From: Candidatus Altimarinota bacterium
GTDB lineage: Bacteria > Patescibacteriota > Gracilibacteria > UBA1369
Length of the DNA: 32,000 nt
NCBI GenBank assembly: GCA_041659405.1
Contig: JBAZYK010000005.1
Span: forward strand, 1,796-33,795
Reading direction: 5' to 3'
This document shows positions 31,857 through 32,000 of this stretch, in pieces (the first letter of the stretch is position 1; the number at the start of each line of letters is the position of its first letter). The position numbers were made by a program, and so were the translations under genes. The notes beneath the pieces are model-generated. The model saw only the letters and a program-made list of their open reading frames with translations. It searched no databases and was not told the origin of the DNA.

Positions 31857-32000
31857 ATGCCAGTAATAAAGTCAGCAAAAAAGAAGGCTCGCCAAGCCCT
31901 ACGTCACTTGGAGCGCAACAAATCCACACGTTCAAAGGTTAAGACTTACATCAAGAAAGTTATAACTTTGAGCAAGACTAATATTGAAGAGGCTAAAAAA
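31857..32000 (+). CDS. rpsT: 30S ribosomal protein S20 (5' part, runs off the window)
   Basis: Hand translation: MPVIKSAKKKARQALRHLERNKSTRSKVKTYIKKVITLSKTNIEEAKK. This is the S20 N-terminal signature (xIKSAKKR...N...S..KT.IKK). It is not in the ORF track because no stop falls within the window. Confidence 0.85.
   Translation, partial: MPVIKSAKKKARQALRHLERNKSTRSKVKTYIKKVITLSKTNIEEAKK

Noticed and set aside
1-32000. Alternative genetic code (UGA recoding as in some CPR lineages)
   Set aside because: Conserved genes are full length in the standard code, and TGA is used as a genuine stop (for example folD ends ...GAT TTA GGA TGA at 23729-23731).

Overview
This is a gene-dense, AT-leaning bacterial segment that uses the standard genetic code: TAA, TAG and TGA all terminate conserved genes. 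Shine-Dalgarno motifs are almost absent. The gene content is a mini GIY-YIG nuclease, VirB2/TrbC-like pilin modules, giant PKD-repeat surface proteins, an SLH/FlgD-Ig wall protein and a small nucleotide-metabolism block. This suggests a small-genome CPR/Patescibacteria-like organism with a Gram-positive-type envelope (inference only).

Layout:
1. 1-493: a tandem array of a GIY-YIG gene and a truncated copy, each preceded by a tRNA-like element carrying a palindrome.
2. 580-13042, minus strand: a ~12.4 kb operon. It encodes two paralogs that each carry three pilin-like modules, a 1587-aa protein fusing a pilin module to PKD repeats, a 767-aa polytopic PKD protein, a possible 36-aa micro-ORF, and a 952-aa mucin-like protein with a C-terminal sorting signal.
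3. 13060-13244: a G+C-rich long hairpin containing a perfect 27-bp inverted repeat, possibly a structured RNA.
4. 13755-17283: secE-nusG-(hypothetical)-rplK-(hypothetical)-rplA, with a mimic of the 23S L1-stalk immediately before rplA.
5. 17367-20426, minus strand: a small membrane protein, a DUF1385 protein and an HNH protein.
6. 20914-21507: a small FlgD-Ig-like secreted protein.
7. 21691-26689: dut-tmk-folD-purF-purD.
8. 26700-31545, minus strand: an AAA/DUF4143 ATPase, a YtxH protein and an 847-aa FlgD-Ig/SLH wall protein.
9. 31857-32000: the 5' part of rpsT.

I found no rRNA, intact tRNA, CRISPR array or recognisable transposase. The best candidate for an undescribed system is the pilin-module/PKD surface operon. 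The structured GC-rich hairpin and the tRNA-like/GIY-YIG array come next.
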